Positions 1 to 13,000 of a stretch of 64,000 bases of DNA are shown here, in pieces. Origin of the DNA: Callorhinchus milii (Eukaryota); NCBI RefSeq assembly GCF_018977255.1, contig NW_024705185.1:1-64000 (forward strand). Direction: 5' to 3'. The position numbers were made by a program, and so were the translations under genes. Every line of letters starts with the position of its first letter. Within the stretch, counting starts at the first letter, position 1. Below the pieces are notes generated by a model, which worked only from the letters and a program-made list of their open reading frames with translations, did not search any database and was not told where the DNA came from.

Positions 1-353
1 TAACGCATTCCTGCTTCGGGCTGTTTTGGAGAAACAGGGCGGCAAAAAGTTATTTTTAAAAGATGTTCCCATGCACAAACGTTATGAATTTACAGTGAGC
101 AGAAACTAGCAAATATGTACACTAGGGCTATAACATCCATATAATACAATCCTGTTGCAAGTGGATTGCAGCAACCGAGCTTTCTTATCTACCCTATCTA
201 TTGTCATACAGAAAAAAATGTGCGTGTTATTTCTCCAAACATAGAAAAAAACCACGAACAGCATTGTGGTCTCTAATTCTCTTTCTCCTGTTGCCGTGAT
301 GAGGGCGGAGTCAGTGGTGCACACGATGAAGTTAAGTGATGCTGGCCTCTTAC

Positions 354-3300
354 AGCAAAGAAGGATGTTTCACAGTGAGGTTGGGCTTCCTGCTGAAGCT
401 CAGGTTTGGTCATGAAGTATTTTCCATCAGGTTTCTATTGAGACACGAGTCACACACAAAGCATTAATAATGGAATTACAATGCAATATGGAGTATGTCC
501 ACGTGACACAGTGGTTAAGGCTTATCAATATGAAGTTGAGTCAGAATCAGCCCTTCATCCTCTGGGGTCACTAAGTACCAAATTATGGGATGTCAACAGA
601 GGATGTCTTATTTACTCACCCTGTCATAAGAAAATGGAATCTCCTCCCTGTGGTTACTGCTCCAAGGCTATGACCTAGAGGTGAGCTCATTTAAGAAGGA
701 AACTATTTTGACTTGGACCCTTTTTAAGCATCTTATAAGTGACTTCATGATGAAGTAATCTGGGGAAATTATCAAAAAAACACTTTCCTATGTGAAGCTA
801 GTTTCTCCATTGCACGGCCAAGATTCACGTTCCACAACGCTTAACTCATGCTTTCAACCCAGGAGTCAACAACTGACTGGAGTTTGAACTCTAAACCTTG
901 TACAAGGAACTCTGCCACAGATCAGGAGCTCTGCTATAGTTAATCACCAGAATAATAAACGTAATTAAATTATGTTTAAAATGTGTTAAAAGCAGTACTG
1001 CCATCCACAAAAATGTTGACATAATTTATCACGAGGGCAATGATATACCATCCCTGAGTTGTGTTAGCAACTGACTCCATTAATTATGTGCGCACTTTAC
1101 ATCAGACATTGTTATTTCTTTAAATAGGGTTTAGAAAACATTAAATGGATATTTATATTGTTTTTTATATTTTATCCACGAATGCCTTAGTGATCACGGC
1201 CCAGTGGGTTTGTTGAGTTTCAAATCTATGTGTATACAACCTCGCTACACTGACATTCATTCCATCTGCTACAATGTGAACTCGACACTACGTACCTGCT
1301 TCTCCCAGTAAAGAGCCATGATCAAAGCATATCCACCTGATGACTTCTTAGGGGTGTAACCTTTTTCGTTTGTCCCCTCCACCGGGTCCGCTTCTGTACA
1401 ATGCAAACATCAACAAGTTGGCTATCTTAAGGCCAACACTCTAAAGCATTTCTGCCTATCTTTCTGCAAAAAAACCCTAAACAATTGCACAGCCAACATT
1501 TCCTTTCCAGAGTCTTTGTCTGACCATGTCACCCCATCTTAGGTATTGTGCAATGCAATCACAATTATGCTGGGGGTATTCTGCCTGGTAGCACAATTCT
1601 AGGTGCCATACCAACACCTGTTTCTCTTACAACCTCCATTCAATGCTGTAGGTATATACAGATGTATTAAATGGCTAAAAGTGAATATTATTGGTGCTTT
1701 AAGTGTCTCTTTGATAATTTGTACCAATATAAAACTACCATATTATTCCATTATAGTGTTTATTGAGTCAAATCAGTATACAGTACACGTAAAATGTAGG
1801 GGTAGCACATGATACTGATGATTCCTTGTCATGGTGATAATGGTAGACAGCTGTAATCTAGGGTAGAAATCTACACTGTACCAATGATCTGATGAGCATA
1901 AAATAGCCATGCAGTTTACAAGTTACTTTACTAAACCTAACTTAGAAAAAGTCCCAATGGTAATGGTGAAGATCCAATGGCTACTAATTTTAGCAGAAAG
2001 TATTATATAACAGATACAATGTAAACACGTGGCATTTGAAATATGTGGACCGTGTCTCCTGAAATCTATTAAAATGTTCCCCTAATAAAACTTTGCTTCA
2101 TAATCAACGTTTTTGTTCCAGCCCTGTTTGATGCGAGGTCTGAGTGGGGTGCTTACCAGTGGGGGTGCGTCCCTGGTGGAAGGTGCGTCATCGCTGCTGC
2201 TCATGCTGCGAGAACTCGGCACTATTACGTTCTTGGGATCTGGCATGAGCAGTTGGCAGATATTCATTTATTAGCGGGGCAATGGATGGCTTGCTCGCCT
2301 GCACTTTCACAGTTTTAAACTGAACATTAACCCAATGAAGGCATTGTTCTCATGAAAGAGTCACGTTGTCTTCAACAATACATTCCACTCCAGTAATGCT
2401 CATTATATCTGCAATAAAAGCAGATCGTGTGATTGTGCAGATTATAAATTATTGGTTGTCCTTGTACAGTGTAATAATCGCCAATGTGGGTGTTAGTTTT
2501 GTCTTGTTGTAGAGATCAAATGTTTAAAGTCAAGCTGGCAATAAATAAGAAGAGCAGAGGGTCATTGTTTTGTAGACTTTAAGCAAGGACCAGAGCTACA
2601 GGAACTTTAGTGTGAAGGCATTCCAGGAAAGATAAAACTTGTTTTGCCACCACTTAGTTCGTTGTCATATTTGACTATGTACTAACTGAAATACCATGAG
2701 GAAAATGGGTAATTGCAAATGAGAAACCAGGAGTATGCAAATTACGTAGTAATTTCGATTTAAAGCTTTCGTGACTGCAGGGATTCATCTTCTTGGCTCT
2801 TTCGGTAAAGTCACGTAGAATGGAAATAATAAAAAGAAAACATTATAAAATATAAAAAAATTATAGATTTTCTTTTATTATGTTTTATTTTTATTATTGT
2901 ATTATTTCCATTCTACGTGACTTTACCGAAAGAACCAAGAAGATTATGTAGTAATGTTTGTCAGCTCGGACTCTGGCTGGGGCATTGCTGGAGTTCTTGG
3001 TGGTTTTCAGTACAGAGGCTGGACACTGGAGTCTAGATTTGCGCTTTGTAAAACTAAGTGGATTGCAGTAGTTATGGATAGGGGTGTATTTTCTTATCAC
3101 AGGCATCAGTGGGAAGTGATAATTTAGAGGCACTTTAGACTGTGCATTTAGGTAGCACGTTGCACAATATAGGTGGTTTTGAGAAAGTCAAGAGATATTT
3201 AATTATATGGATGGATTTTGAGGGACAGCATAAATCACTCTAGATGTATAAAGATGCCAATTGTAGTATGACAAGATGGATGTCTGAAGTAGGAGTAATG

Positions 3301-6300
3301 AATTTAACAAAGATGCTGGAAAAGCAGCACGTGGATTTTAAACGCATGTGCATGTGGGGTATTCTAAGAATTTAATGGAAAGATTGGGTAAGCAACTTTA
3401 AACTTCAGAATAAAGACAATTGATGTTTAGGTGCATTCAGAAAGAAGACCTTGTAAAGAATGATAGGTACAGGATGGATGAAGGACATTGAAGCAAAAGT
3501 CAAATTGGGGCATACAGAAAATTGATGAAAGGTCAGATGTCGACTAGGCAACAGCAGGTAATGGTGAGGTGTGGTGCAATCAATAGCATTGGCCGTAATG
3601 TCCTCTTCCATCTAACATACTATAGATGTCTTAATTTGGATAACAATCATAATTAATGAATGAACACTGAGACATGTTTACCTTTAAATAGAATACACTC
3701 CTTGGAATAAAGACACGTAAAATGTTGTTTACCATACCTCTATTCGATCCAGATTTTTGTGACTTGGCTTTTGTAGGGCCTGCTACATCTGTCATACGCT
3801 TCAGGTTGTGTATTGCAGCATCAGATCCTGATAGGTGACAGGACAATAACACAAGTGCTAATTAAAAAACACACCAACATTTTAATCCTACAATTTAAAA
3901 ACACAATTAATTCATATCAGTATGAATTACATAAAATATACATTGCTGATAATCTTTACTTTTCTTAACGAATATTTCCTGAAATATTATCCTACCTCAG
4001 TGAAACTCCTGCAAAGTATAATTTTCTAATTCGCAAAATGTATTAATTATCCTTGTGAGCTTAGATTCTGTGATCCTCCATTATCCAGAAATCCTCAAAG
4101 TTTTACGCATTTTACGGGTTGAGTGGACATTCCTAAAACATCAAAACAATAGAATTTAGATGTTTTGGGGCTTTCCAAAGTGGCAGAAGCAACATTCCCT
4201 AGCAGCCCAGATGGCTGCTGTAAATTATGTGCATCTCAGGAGCTGACCATGCTCAGCGTTGTATTCGGCCAACTTCTGATCCAGCATCTTGCAGATTCCA
4301 TCTCCAAAGTTCTGTAGAATTTTTGCCTCCTTGCCATTCTGCAGGGGTAGTGGGTATTTCTTCAAAGAGCTCAGCGCCTGTGCAGAAAAGTTAAACATTA
4401 AGTAAATACCACATACAAAATGAAAAAGAGTTTAAAGAAAATTCTAGATTTTAAAAGAAAATCACTATCTTCCTGCTGAAAAAGGAGTGTGACTTTTGAT
4501 ATTCTCCATTGGTGTCTTAGACCCACTGTTAATAATTACACATCCCTTTGGCGGTATTCAGCCTCACCATTCACTATTGGTTGCTTGTAAAGTTGAAGTA
4601 TTCTGCGGCACTGCGTTAGAATGCTCAAATCGTAGTGGAAGCTGTGAGTTCGAATGCTGTTCTATGGATAAATCATCCCCGAATCAGTATATTGATTTAG
4701 ACCGGAGGAATGAGCAATAAAGCTCTTTTCACATTTGTCGAGGAGGGGCGGGTCAGAAAGTTACAATAACAAACAATACAAAAACCTACAGGCGTGTATT
4801 TTCCATCCTCGGTCAATAAAACGATTACCAATTTGTAAGAAGCCAATAGCTAATACCTAGCATTTGGTTGGTGAAGTGAACACATCCGCATATTAGCAAA
4901 AAGCCCCCATTGTTAGTAAAATCAGACATTTTAACATTCCATCACGGAGGTTTGTATTATTGTAATCTGTAAATGAGAAGAATTGCAATGCAAATAGTAC
5001 ACATAGCTTTGGGAAGCGGAAGTATAGCACAATAGCATTTTTCCAGTGACCAGGTCTGTATGAACTTGTGAACGGACAGGTATGCCCTCCTTGCATATCC
5101 GTCAACCAATACGGTTTACCTGTATTCTTGAACAGGGAAATTGAGTTTCCAGGTCCATACGGCGTACAGCCGTTCCAATAGGGGCAATTTCTGTTGTCTA
5201 TTTGTTTGTGTTTCTCCCTTGCGATGGGACTTTGTAGGATGAACGTTGAGATGTTTAATGGCACGGGGTGACCAATAAGGTCTGAATTGGTCTGTAAGGT
5301 AGGCACTGATAAGGGGTTGACAGGTATTTGATTCTGAGGTGTTTCCTAAATTCAAATAACCGTGACATTCATTGTCTATTGTGACTTTTAGACGGATCGT
5401 CAATGTACATTGTGACAAGTTGAGTGATGTATTGTACCTCACGAATAGAATGCATACTTATGCAGCGTCTATTGTTCAGTGCACACAATGCACTAACTAA
5501 ACAATGTTTTATTTTAGCTGCAGTGGAGAGTGATATTTGATCCGGTCCCAGTTTCCACCAACTAAAACCATTAAACTAAGACTATTACTGAGCTATTTTT
5601 ATTTTACCAGGTAAGACCCACTGAGCTACACAGCTCTTTTTCAGAAGCAACCTGGCCACACATGATGGCTCAACGAAGCGGAGCTCATCACGTGGAAATG
5701 TCAAGCAGCCAAAATACTCTCTCTAAACGCGTGGCGTCCGTTCTAAACGTGGAGCAAAAATCCACGCGACCACGGGGAGATACACCGTCGGAACCTCCTT
5801 TTCCAGTAGAAAAATATGATAATTGTTTTTTTACCCTTTTATCTGGCAACAAAACTGACACCTTTTTTACGAGGAGTCATGTTTTCATTGACCACAATAC
5901 CTGCGGTCGGAATGCAAACAAAAAACACAACTCTGATAATGTATGCCTTGTCCTTGAAATTGATTGGTCCATATCCGATACAGCTTTTCTTAGAGCCTAG
6001 TGGCCAAAAGGCGTCATCTGGTCCAACACCATGTGAGACTAGGCTCTAAATAAGTATAACCCGTAAAAACAAAGTTTTTCACTCTAAATCCTTTATATGC
6101 GTGGCGGCTCGAGTCCTCTCGTCCTCTGGCTTGAGATGGCTGCCACCTATGGGTCAGATGATTGTCTGCCAGTATTAAGCAATTGGTAATTAAATATAAT
6201 TTTTTTTCCCTAAACAGTGTAAAATTTTGGAATTTTTTTTTCACGAACATTAATTGTCTCGCACAACGAGTCTGTGTGCAAAATGTCAGCTCGATTGGAT

Positions 6301-6840
6301 CACGGGAAGTGGGTTAAAAAACGACCGAAAGATTTGCACGGTCGTAAGCAAGCAAGCACGCAAGCAAGCAAGCAAGCGAACTTAATATAAAGGATTTAAA
6401 AAAAGCTGTCTCGGGTGTGGACCAATCAATTTCAAGGACAGTGCATACATTGTCAGAGTTTTGTTTTTTGTTTGCATTCCGACCGCAGGTATTGTGGTCA
6501 ATGCAAACATGACTCCCTGTAAAAAGAAAAAATGTGTCAGTTTTGTTGCCAGATAACAGGGTAAAAAAAACACAATTATCACGAGGAGATAGACCACGCA
6601 AGCCCCAACAGACGTCAAAAAGTCGAGATCGAACATTGCAACACCAGCCGAGATGCACCCAACAGCCTCGCCACCGCGGTGGGCCCCGAAACTCGTACCT
6701 CCTCGTACCTTCTGGTAGACGTAGTGGGACTTCTTGCCCTTGGAGGCGGCCTCGTCGCGCAGTTCGGTGAGCCACCTCACGAACAGGGCATTGGGCCCCG
6801 ACGCTGGCACGCGGCCCTTGGCTCGTCCCGCTTCCTCCAT
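354..6840 (-). CDS. MUS81: Crossover junction endonuclease MUS81, 5' part; coding exons 6709-6840, 4248-4377, 2157-2239 (probable), 1296-1393, 354-434; continues off the left edge
   Basis: Exon 1 [44 protein letters not shown] and exon 2 [36 protein letters not shown] match the MUS81 N-terminal HhH region. Exons 4-5 ([19 protein letters not shown]; [20 protein letters not shown]) match the winged-helix domain. All boundaries are GT-AG. Exon 3 to exon 4 phase is off by 1 nt (see findings). Confidence 0.93.
2741..2955 (-). mobile_element. Short fold-back Penelope-derived insertion with TSD
   Basis: Carries the Penelope 3' terminus (revcomp of CTGCAGTCACGAAAGCTTTAA) plus an inverted copy of the subterminal part. 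Flanked by ATTAYGTAGTAAT at 2741-2753 and 2943-2955. Confidence 0.75.
5101..5324. repeat. Interspersed repeat (MITE-like); inverted second copy at ~7945-8185
   Basis: About 225 bp aligns by eye to the reverse complement of 7945-8185. Each copy has short GTCAA...TTGAC ends. Confidence 0.6.
5817..6578. repeat. Inverted repeat pair (5817-5990 / 6402-6578) in MUS81 intron 1
   Basis: About 175 bp reverse-complement similarity. The ORF track shows the same peptide ([14 protein letters not shown]...[12 protein letters not shown]) on both strands. Confidence 0.8.
6085..6398. mobile_element. Non-autonomous element with 14-bp inverted repeats and (GCAA)n tract, HINE/Helentron-like
   Basis: TAAATCCTTTATAT (6085-6098) and ATATAAAGGATTTA (6385-6398); internal GCAA microsatellite at ~6347-6377. 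Confidence 0.5.
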
Positions 6841-7030
6841 CGATCACGAAGCCTTTGACCCCAGCTGAGAGGAAGCACAGCGCACATTTAAACAACGCGA
6901 TCGATTGATCGATTGATTGCGCGTCGAAGACTCAAATGCGGATCTGTAAACTTTGCACAATAGACGTTTGCGGGGCGCCCGTAGAAACTTAATTTCCTAA
7001 GGCACGCGGGTACGTGACGCCTACAACTTC
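6590..7030 (-). promoter_or_regulatory. CpG-rich region over MUS81 exon 1 and probable promoter
   Basis: Marked local rise in GC and CpG around the MUS81 start codon relative to AT-rich flanks. TSS not determined. Confidence 0.5.
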
Positions 7031-8210
7031 TAAACGTTATTCAATTGTCTCGGCAAAGTATTTGTTGCAGTGTAAGTGGCTGCTGCTGCTGATGCAACAT
7101 TTCCACTTTACGATGTGCTACTTCGCCAGGATATAGTGATAGCCGGTCGCTTCTGGAAAAAAAGAGCTATATACATATACAGTAGCTCAGTGGGCTTTAC
7201 GTGATCAAATAAATTACATATAGTTGAGTTTAGTTAATCTCAGAAACATGCCATCATGAGCAGCAATGCCAATGTAATTTCGACGAGCTAGTAAAACGTG
7301 ACCGTGAATCACCGCTATAAAATCGTGAGGAAATTATCTTGGATCCACGTGGACACTTAATGGACGAGGTAAAAGTGAGACGTACGCCTTTGTACGTTGA
7401 CAAACACCACGCAGTAGGAGTGAAACTTTAATGCACTGAAACACCCGCAGATTCTGAGGCTCCCTGCCGAGTTCGCCCGCCTGAGGCCTACCCTAGGCTC
7501 CTGGCGGGAAATCCAGACAACGGCCCCTTGCTCCCACGGAGTCAGCTTCACAGCTGCAGTGGATTCGCAGACGCATTATCTCAGAAACCAAGTTTATTGT
7601 TTTTGTTACAGTAATAACACGACACATGAACCTCAACAACAATACAAATCCTTAAGAGGTTGTTTTGGGCTTATTTGCGTTACATCATTACGCGAACATT
7701 TTAAACGACTGGGGATGACGCAAGACGTAACCGCCTTCGATTCCGGAATCGATATAAAGTTAAAGTTTAAGGAATCGAATCGTAAATCTCAACAACGAAC
7801 AAATTATTTAGCTAAAGTGAAATGCGGATTCTGTATATTTAAGAAACAATACATTAATATCTACATAGCCATGCGCTTTTTTATGCAATTTTTGTGAAAG
7901 TTTTCACCGACAAAATTCGCGCCGAGACGCTACGGCATTCATAGCTGTCAATCCCTAATCTGTGCCCTACCTCATTACAGACCAATTCTGACCTTATTGG
8001 TCACCTCGTGCCACTTATACATCTCAACGTTCATCCATCAAAGTCCCATCACAAGGGACAAACACAAACAAATAGACATTTAAAATACATTTCTGCCCGT
8101 ATTGAAACGGCTGTACGCCGCGTGGGCCTGAAAACTCAATTTCCCTGTACAAGATTATGGAGTATAAACCGTATGGGTTGACAGCTGTGGGTATTGCGTT
8201 CACGTCACTT

Positions 8211-8337
8211 GGGGCCGTCCATAAATGACGTCACGCGATTTTGGACAATTTTTGACCCCCCCCCTCGTCACACAACGTCACAAATGTCTGACCCCACCCC
8301 ACACCCCAGGTGCCTGACGTCATTTATGGACAGCCCC
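8211..8337. mobile_element. PIF/Harbinger-type MITE
   Basis: TIRs GGGGCCGTCCATAAATGACGTCA ... TGACGTCATTTATGGACAGCCCC. Confidence 0.65.
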
Positions 8338-9143
8338 TTGGTATCTGTGATGATTTTTGCAGGGGATGTTATTTATAGGCCAGGTTGAGCTATGATGGTG
8401 ATTGTTGTCTCCTTGTATAAGGAGAGAGTCGTTTCATGGTGGAATTGGTCACGGTGAATATATGATGCGTCGTGGGATCTGAAGCGGGAAAGAGAGAGAG
8501 CGAGAATTGTCCACCTTTGGCAGTGCAAGTTAAAAATACAGCATCACACACCTTGATTTTGCTTACATAAATATTAACCTGAGGACATTCATGCATAGTA
8601 CCATATTTTATATACATTCGATTATCTTAACATATTCGCGTAAAATTTGAGACGTAAGCAATAACTATTCACTCATTTTAGTACAAAGGACTTGCATATC
8701 ATTTACGAAAAATACGTATTCACACTTAGCCACTTCCCTTCATACCTGCTTGCAATTAAGTGTTCGAGCTTGAAACTCACGTTTATGTACCTGCTCGTGT
8801 TCACATTATATACTGTTACACTGTTTTTATCCACAATTCCTGAGGTTTTTTTATTGCACCGAAACATTTTAATCAACACAATCAATGTTCAATACTACTC
8901 AACTGCTGTGTCGACGCACCCAGCATTTTATCACAAGCAACATTACTTCGCTATTTTAAACCCACCATACACACACACACATCTTTAACATGTCTTCTCT
9001 CTCTTGTCCTCTGGCAGATATTCGTCCCCAAATTCCCTCCATCCCGTCCGATCTTCATCTTCGTCCTTAACGTCACGTGAGAAGCGCCAATGCTCTCGTT
9101 GTCTTCCTCGTGGCCCAGTGGTAGCAAGTTCACCGCTTGGCCT

Positions 9144-9480
9144 CAGTGCCGGGTGATCCTCATAGCAAAAGGAGCAAATGCTACGGGCCCCGCACTTTCA
9201 AGGACTCCGCTCTAAATGCTTTCAAACTATCAATTCCGGTTCAGTAATTCTTGCACTTGCTCTATTACTATAGTACTATACCGCCTTCGACTTTTATGAA
9301 CGACTGGGTGTTTAAGGTTAGCGATTTATCATATTATCTGGCTGTATAGCAAATGAAAAAATACAATTACTTTATTAGGCAAGTAAAAAAAATTGTCTTT
9401 TAATATTTGTGCGTTTTTATTAATTTAGGGCCCCTTTATAACATATGCTACATGTCCCGCACTAGCTTAATCCGGCTCTG
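9144..9480. mobile_element. hAT-type MITE
   Basis: CAGTGCCGG...CCGGCTCTG ends; 8-bp TSD CTTGGCCT/CTCGGCCT. Confidence 0.6.
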
Positions 9481-10014
9481 CTCGGCCTCCCTGCGCACGT
9501 GTGTATTTAGCGTGAAATGCGTGTGCCGTCTGCCTGCTTCGACAAGCGGACGCTTCAAATCCCACTGACGTCAGTCGAGAAGAGTAAGCTCACCGTGCGC
9601 CGCTGGAATCGCCCAGATTTGAAAAGCAACGACAGATAGCTCGATTGGGATTGCACATTGCAACCATCGCCGCATACTGTCAAACCGCTGCACATCGTGT
9701 CTGTGAAACATTGCGCCCCGGTGATAGCCTTGCACCATTGGAATGGTGCACATACCAAATGTAATAATTACGGTATATTTTTTACCCTCCGTATATATGT
9801 GTACTCAAGATCACTGAGTAAAAATACCACTTCTGGCTGCCATCAATCCTCTTGAATGCCAGTTGCCTTCTATATTTTGCCACTATTATTTAAAATGATT
9901 CTTATCTCATCTGGCTCTTCATTCCAAGCATTGGCAAGTTTCTTGTAACTGTAATGTAATAGCTTCACTACGCGCCAGGAAAGTCTGTCCATATGGCATA
10001 ATTCATGTTGCAAT

Positions 10015-13000
10015 TCATGTGGTTGACAGGCACCCCACTTGTTGATTGACAAATATATTTTTGATTTCTCGAACGACCAGAGGGAGCAGAATGATCAAGG
10101 TGAGGAATATCTGCAAATGCAACATATAGTACACAATAAATCACACAGTGAGCATTAATTATACTTATTTATCCGTGATGTATTTTGATGAGAGGGCTTG
10201 GGTACCATACATCTAATCGTGTCAACAGACATTTATGCAGTTTAGTATTTTCTGCGGTAAAGTGCAATCCATCACTCATATCACCGATCACAATACAAGC
10301 TTTTAGTGAGCTCAGATGTAATTTGAATGGCTTACCAAACTCAGCACACACAGTTATAAACTCTTCGTAACTTTACTTACCATAACAATGAAGAATACGA
10401 AAACCCATTCCCAGCCAAAACGGCTGTATATGACTGCCACGATAAACTGCAGCGAGAAAAATCAGGGTGGGAAGTAAAATAACTTGGTTAAAATAAACAC
10501 AACAGTACCTGTGAAACGCATACGCATGTGGTTATTGTAAATACTTATGGTAAAAAAAACAGTGCACACTACATTTCATAATGCATAAATATACCCTCAA
10601 GATAATGATTCATATATTGGGTCAGCAGACAGTCTCTCAACTATCGTGAAAGTCACGTTGGCTACCCCATGCTGAAGCTAAACGAGACATCTGCTCAAAG
10701 TTACATGCGGTGTTAATTATAAAACATATTTCGCAGATTTTAGATAAATATCACCACCACCACACCAGAATATGGAAAACATAATCAGCAATGTGTAATG
10801 TATTACTCATCATGTATTTCACACCCTAATAGTTGCGTGCGATTCCCTAGGAATTTTTCAAACTGTCTTGGTGATTTCCTGTTATCCCCACAATTGACTG
10901 GACAATAGTATGAATGTAGCACGTGGTAAATAGGAGCATGCGCACAGCAAGGAGGTGCACGGACAACAGGGGATTGCAAGATTTTGTTTAACCATCTGCT
11001 CGTGCTGCTACGCACATTTTACAAAAACTATATTAGAGAGATGTATTATTGTACCGACACCATACTCTCATACCGCAGGCTATGCTCACTTACATAGGCT
11101 TAATGTAATTATGTTGGGCATGAAATGAAATAAAATTAAAGGTAGCCCTGCCTTGCTGAGCTTGAAGAGGCGTGGGTACTTTGTATCTATACCGGATAAT
11201 GACAATCCATATACCATAATCACAATATACTGGAGGAATCCGATGAGCTATAAAGCTTTCTTCACAGATGTCCAGTGGGGGCAGGTAAGAACATTATAAC
11301 AACAAACAATACAAAAAACGATAGGAGTGCAAAGTACAAGACAGGTAAACAAATCACCCAAACACGTACAAATACAACTAAAACATCCCCATCCTACCAG
11401 GCAAAGCCCACCGATGTATTAACTTGTTTTTCAGAAGCGACCTGGCCACAAATAATTATAGCTCAACAAAGTGTGCACATTTTTTTTCTGCAATGTTTTG
11501 CTGTCTTTTCTTGGATTTCTGTTTGCACTTAGTCACATATTCACTTTAAGATGTTTTTTGTTCATGTTTTTGTTTTTTGTTTGTTGCGGTTGCACCCGAT
11601 TCAAGAGCCGAATGGCTCACAGGGCTATACCTATAATAAATGAACTTGAACTTGATTTATAGCAGACAAAATGTGTTCCTTTCACCAACCTGCACTGACC
11701 AGCGTGGTGAAGCACGGTGAAGGATGGAGGTAGGGGGGGGGATGAGTATTGGAGTTACCTGTCCTACGGAAGCCCCCAGGCTGCCCGTTCCATCCACGAT
11801 GCCAGTCACAGTGCCCAACGCCTCCCGGTTGCCCTGAATTGTGCCCTGCTGGCCCAGGTCAGCCGGCACAGCTGAGCTGATGAGGTTAGCTGTCCCACTC
11901 ACGAAAAACCCTGCGCCCACACGGCACCATGGACACGAGCACACGTTATTCATTGGGGCATATCAGTGGTTCTTATACTTATTATCTCTTGGTCCACACT
12001 TTATAATTACATCAATAAACTGTGATATATTTTGGGCGGAAAGCAGCATTAAGTGGGTAAGCGCATAGCGAAATGAAGCCGATCGCCTTAGTTTGATTCC
12101 TGGCCATGGCTAAATGAGTGGCGAGTGATGTCCGGGCGGATCGTGTGACTGGCTCCTCAACTCTTCACGAACACACACTGACCAGAGTCGTGAAGTATCC
12201 TCAAAACAACCCCGTGACTAATACTGCTGGGGAGGCTTTATCCAGCAATTATCTTTATACCTGTTGTCTGTTTTTTTTTCTTTACGTGACACCACAGAAA
12301 TAATTCCGATGGAAATAAAAGCTATGAAAAATGATGACAATGCCTAACAAATCTTGACTTAAAGTTTTCGTGACTGCAGGAATTCATATTTTACCGAATG
12401 ACCCAAGAATATGCCTAACGAAGTTTTGGAAAAGAATGAAGAAAGAAGTTTCACGTTCATTTTGTTTAACCAATTGGGATTTTATAGATAGCAGGATGAG
12501 TCTCATTTTCAAGAGTGAACTGGGTCACCAGGGTCACCAAAACAAAATGAGAGAACACGAAGTTAAAGAAGATGTAATGAAATGCAAATAGATAAAGTTT
12601 AAGAATGGTAATCGTCGCTACATAGTCGCCTTTAGAAACTTAAACTGAACCGTAATGCATGATAGAGATATAACCATTGCACCAGAGAAGCAATTCCATT
12701 AAGATCTTGACATTCAAGTAAGCTGGAAATATTACCTATAAATACATGAACTTAAAAAAAAAACTAAAGCACTCTGCCCAGTACACTTGAAGGTGAATTT
12801 GCTTCATAGCAGAAGTAAAAATCAATGACTGAGCAAATATCTGACCTGTAACAACCAATAAGAATCCATTCCAAACTCTGTTGCTGAAAGGATCTGGAAA
12901 GAGAGAAAAAAAACATGAATTATTTATGAAAGCAATTCGCGATAAAAAAAATTTAACTCACAACACACCAGCAGCATTCTCATTGCTACAGCGTCTGCTT

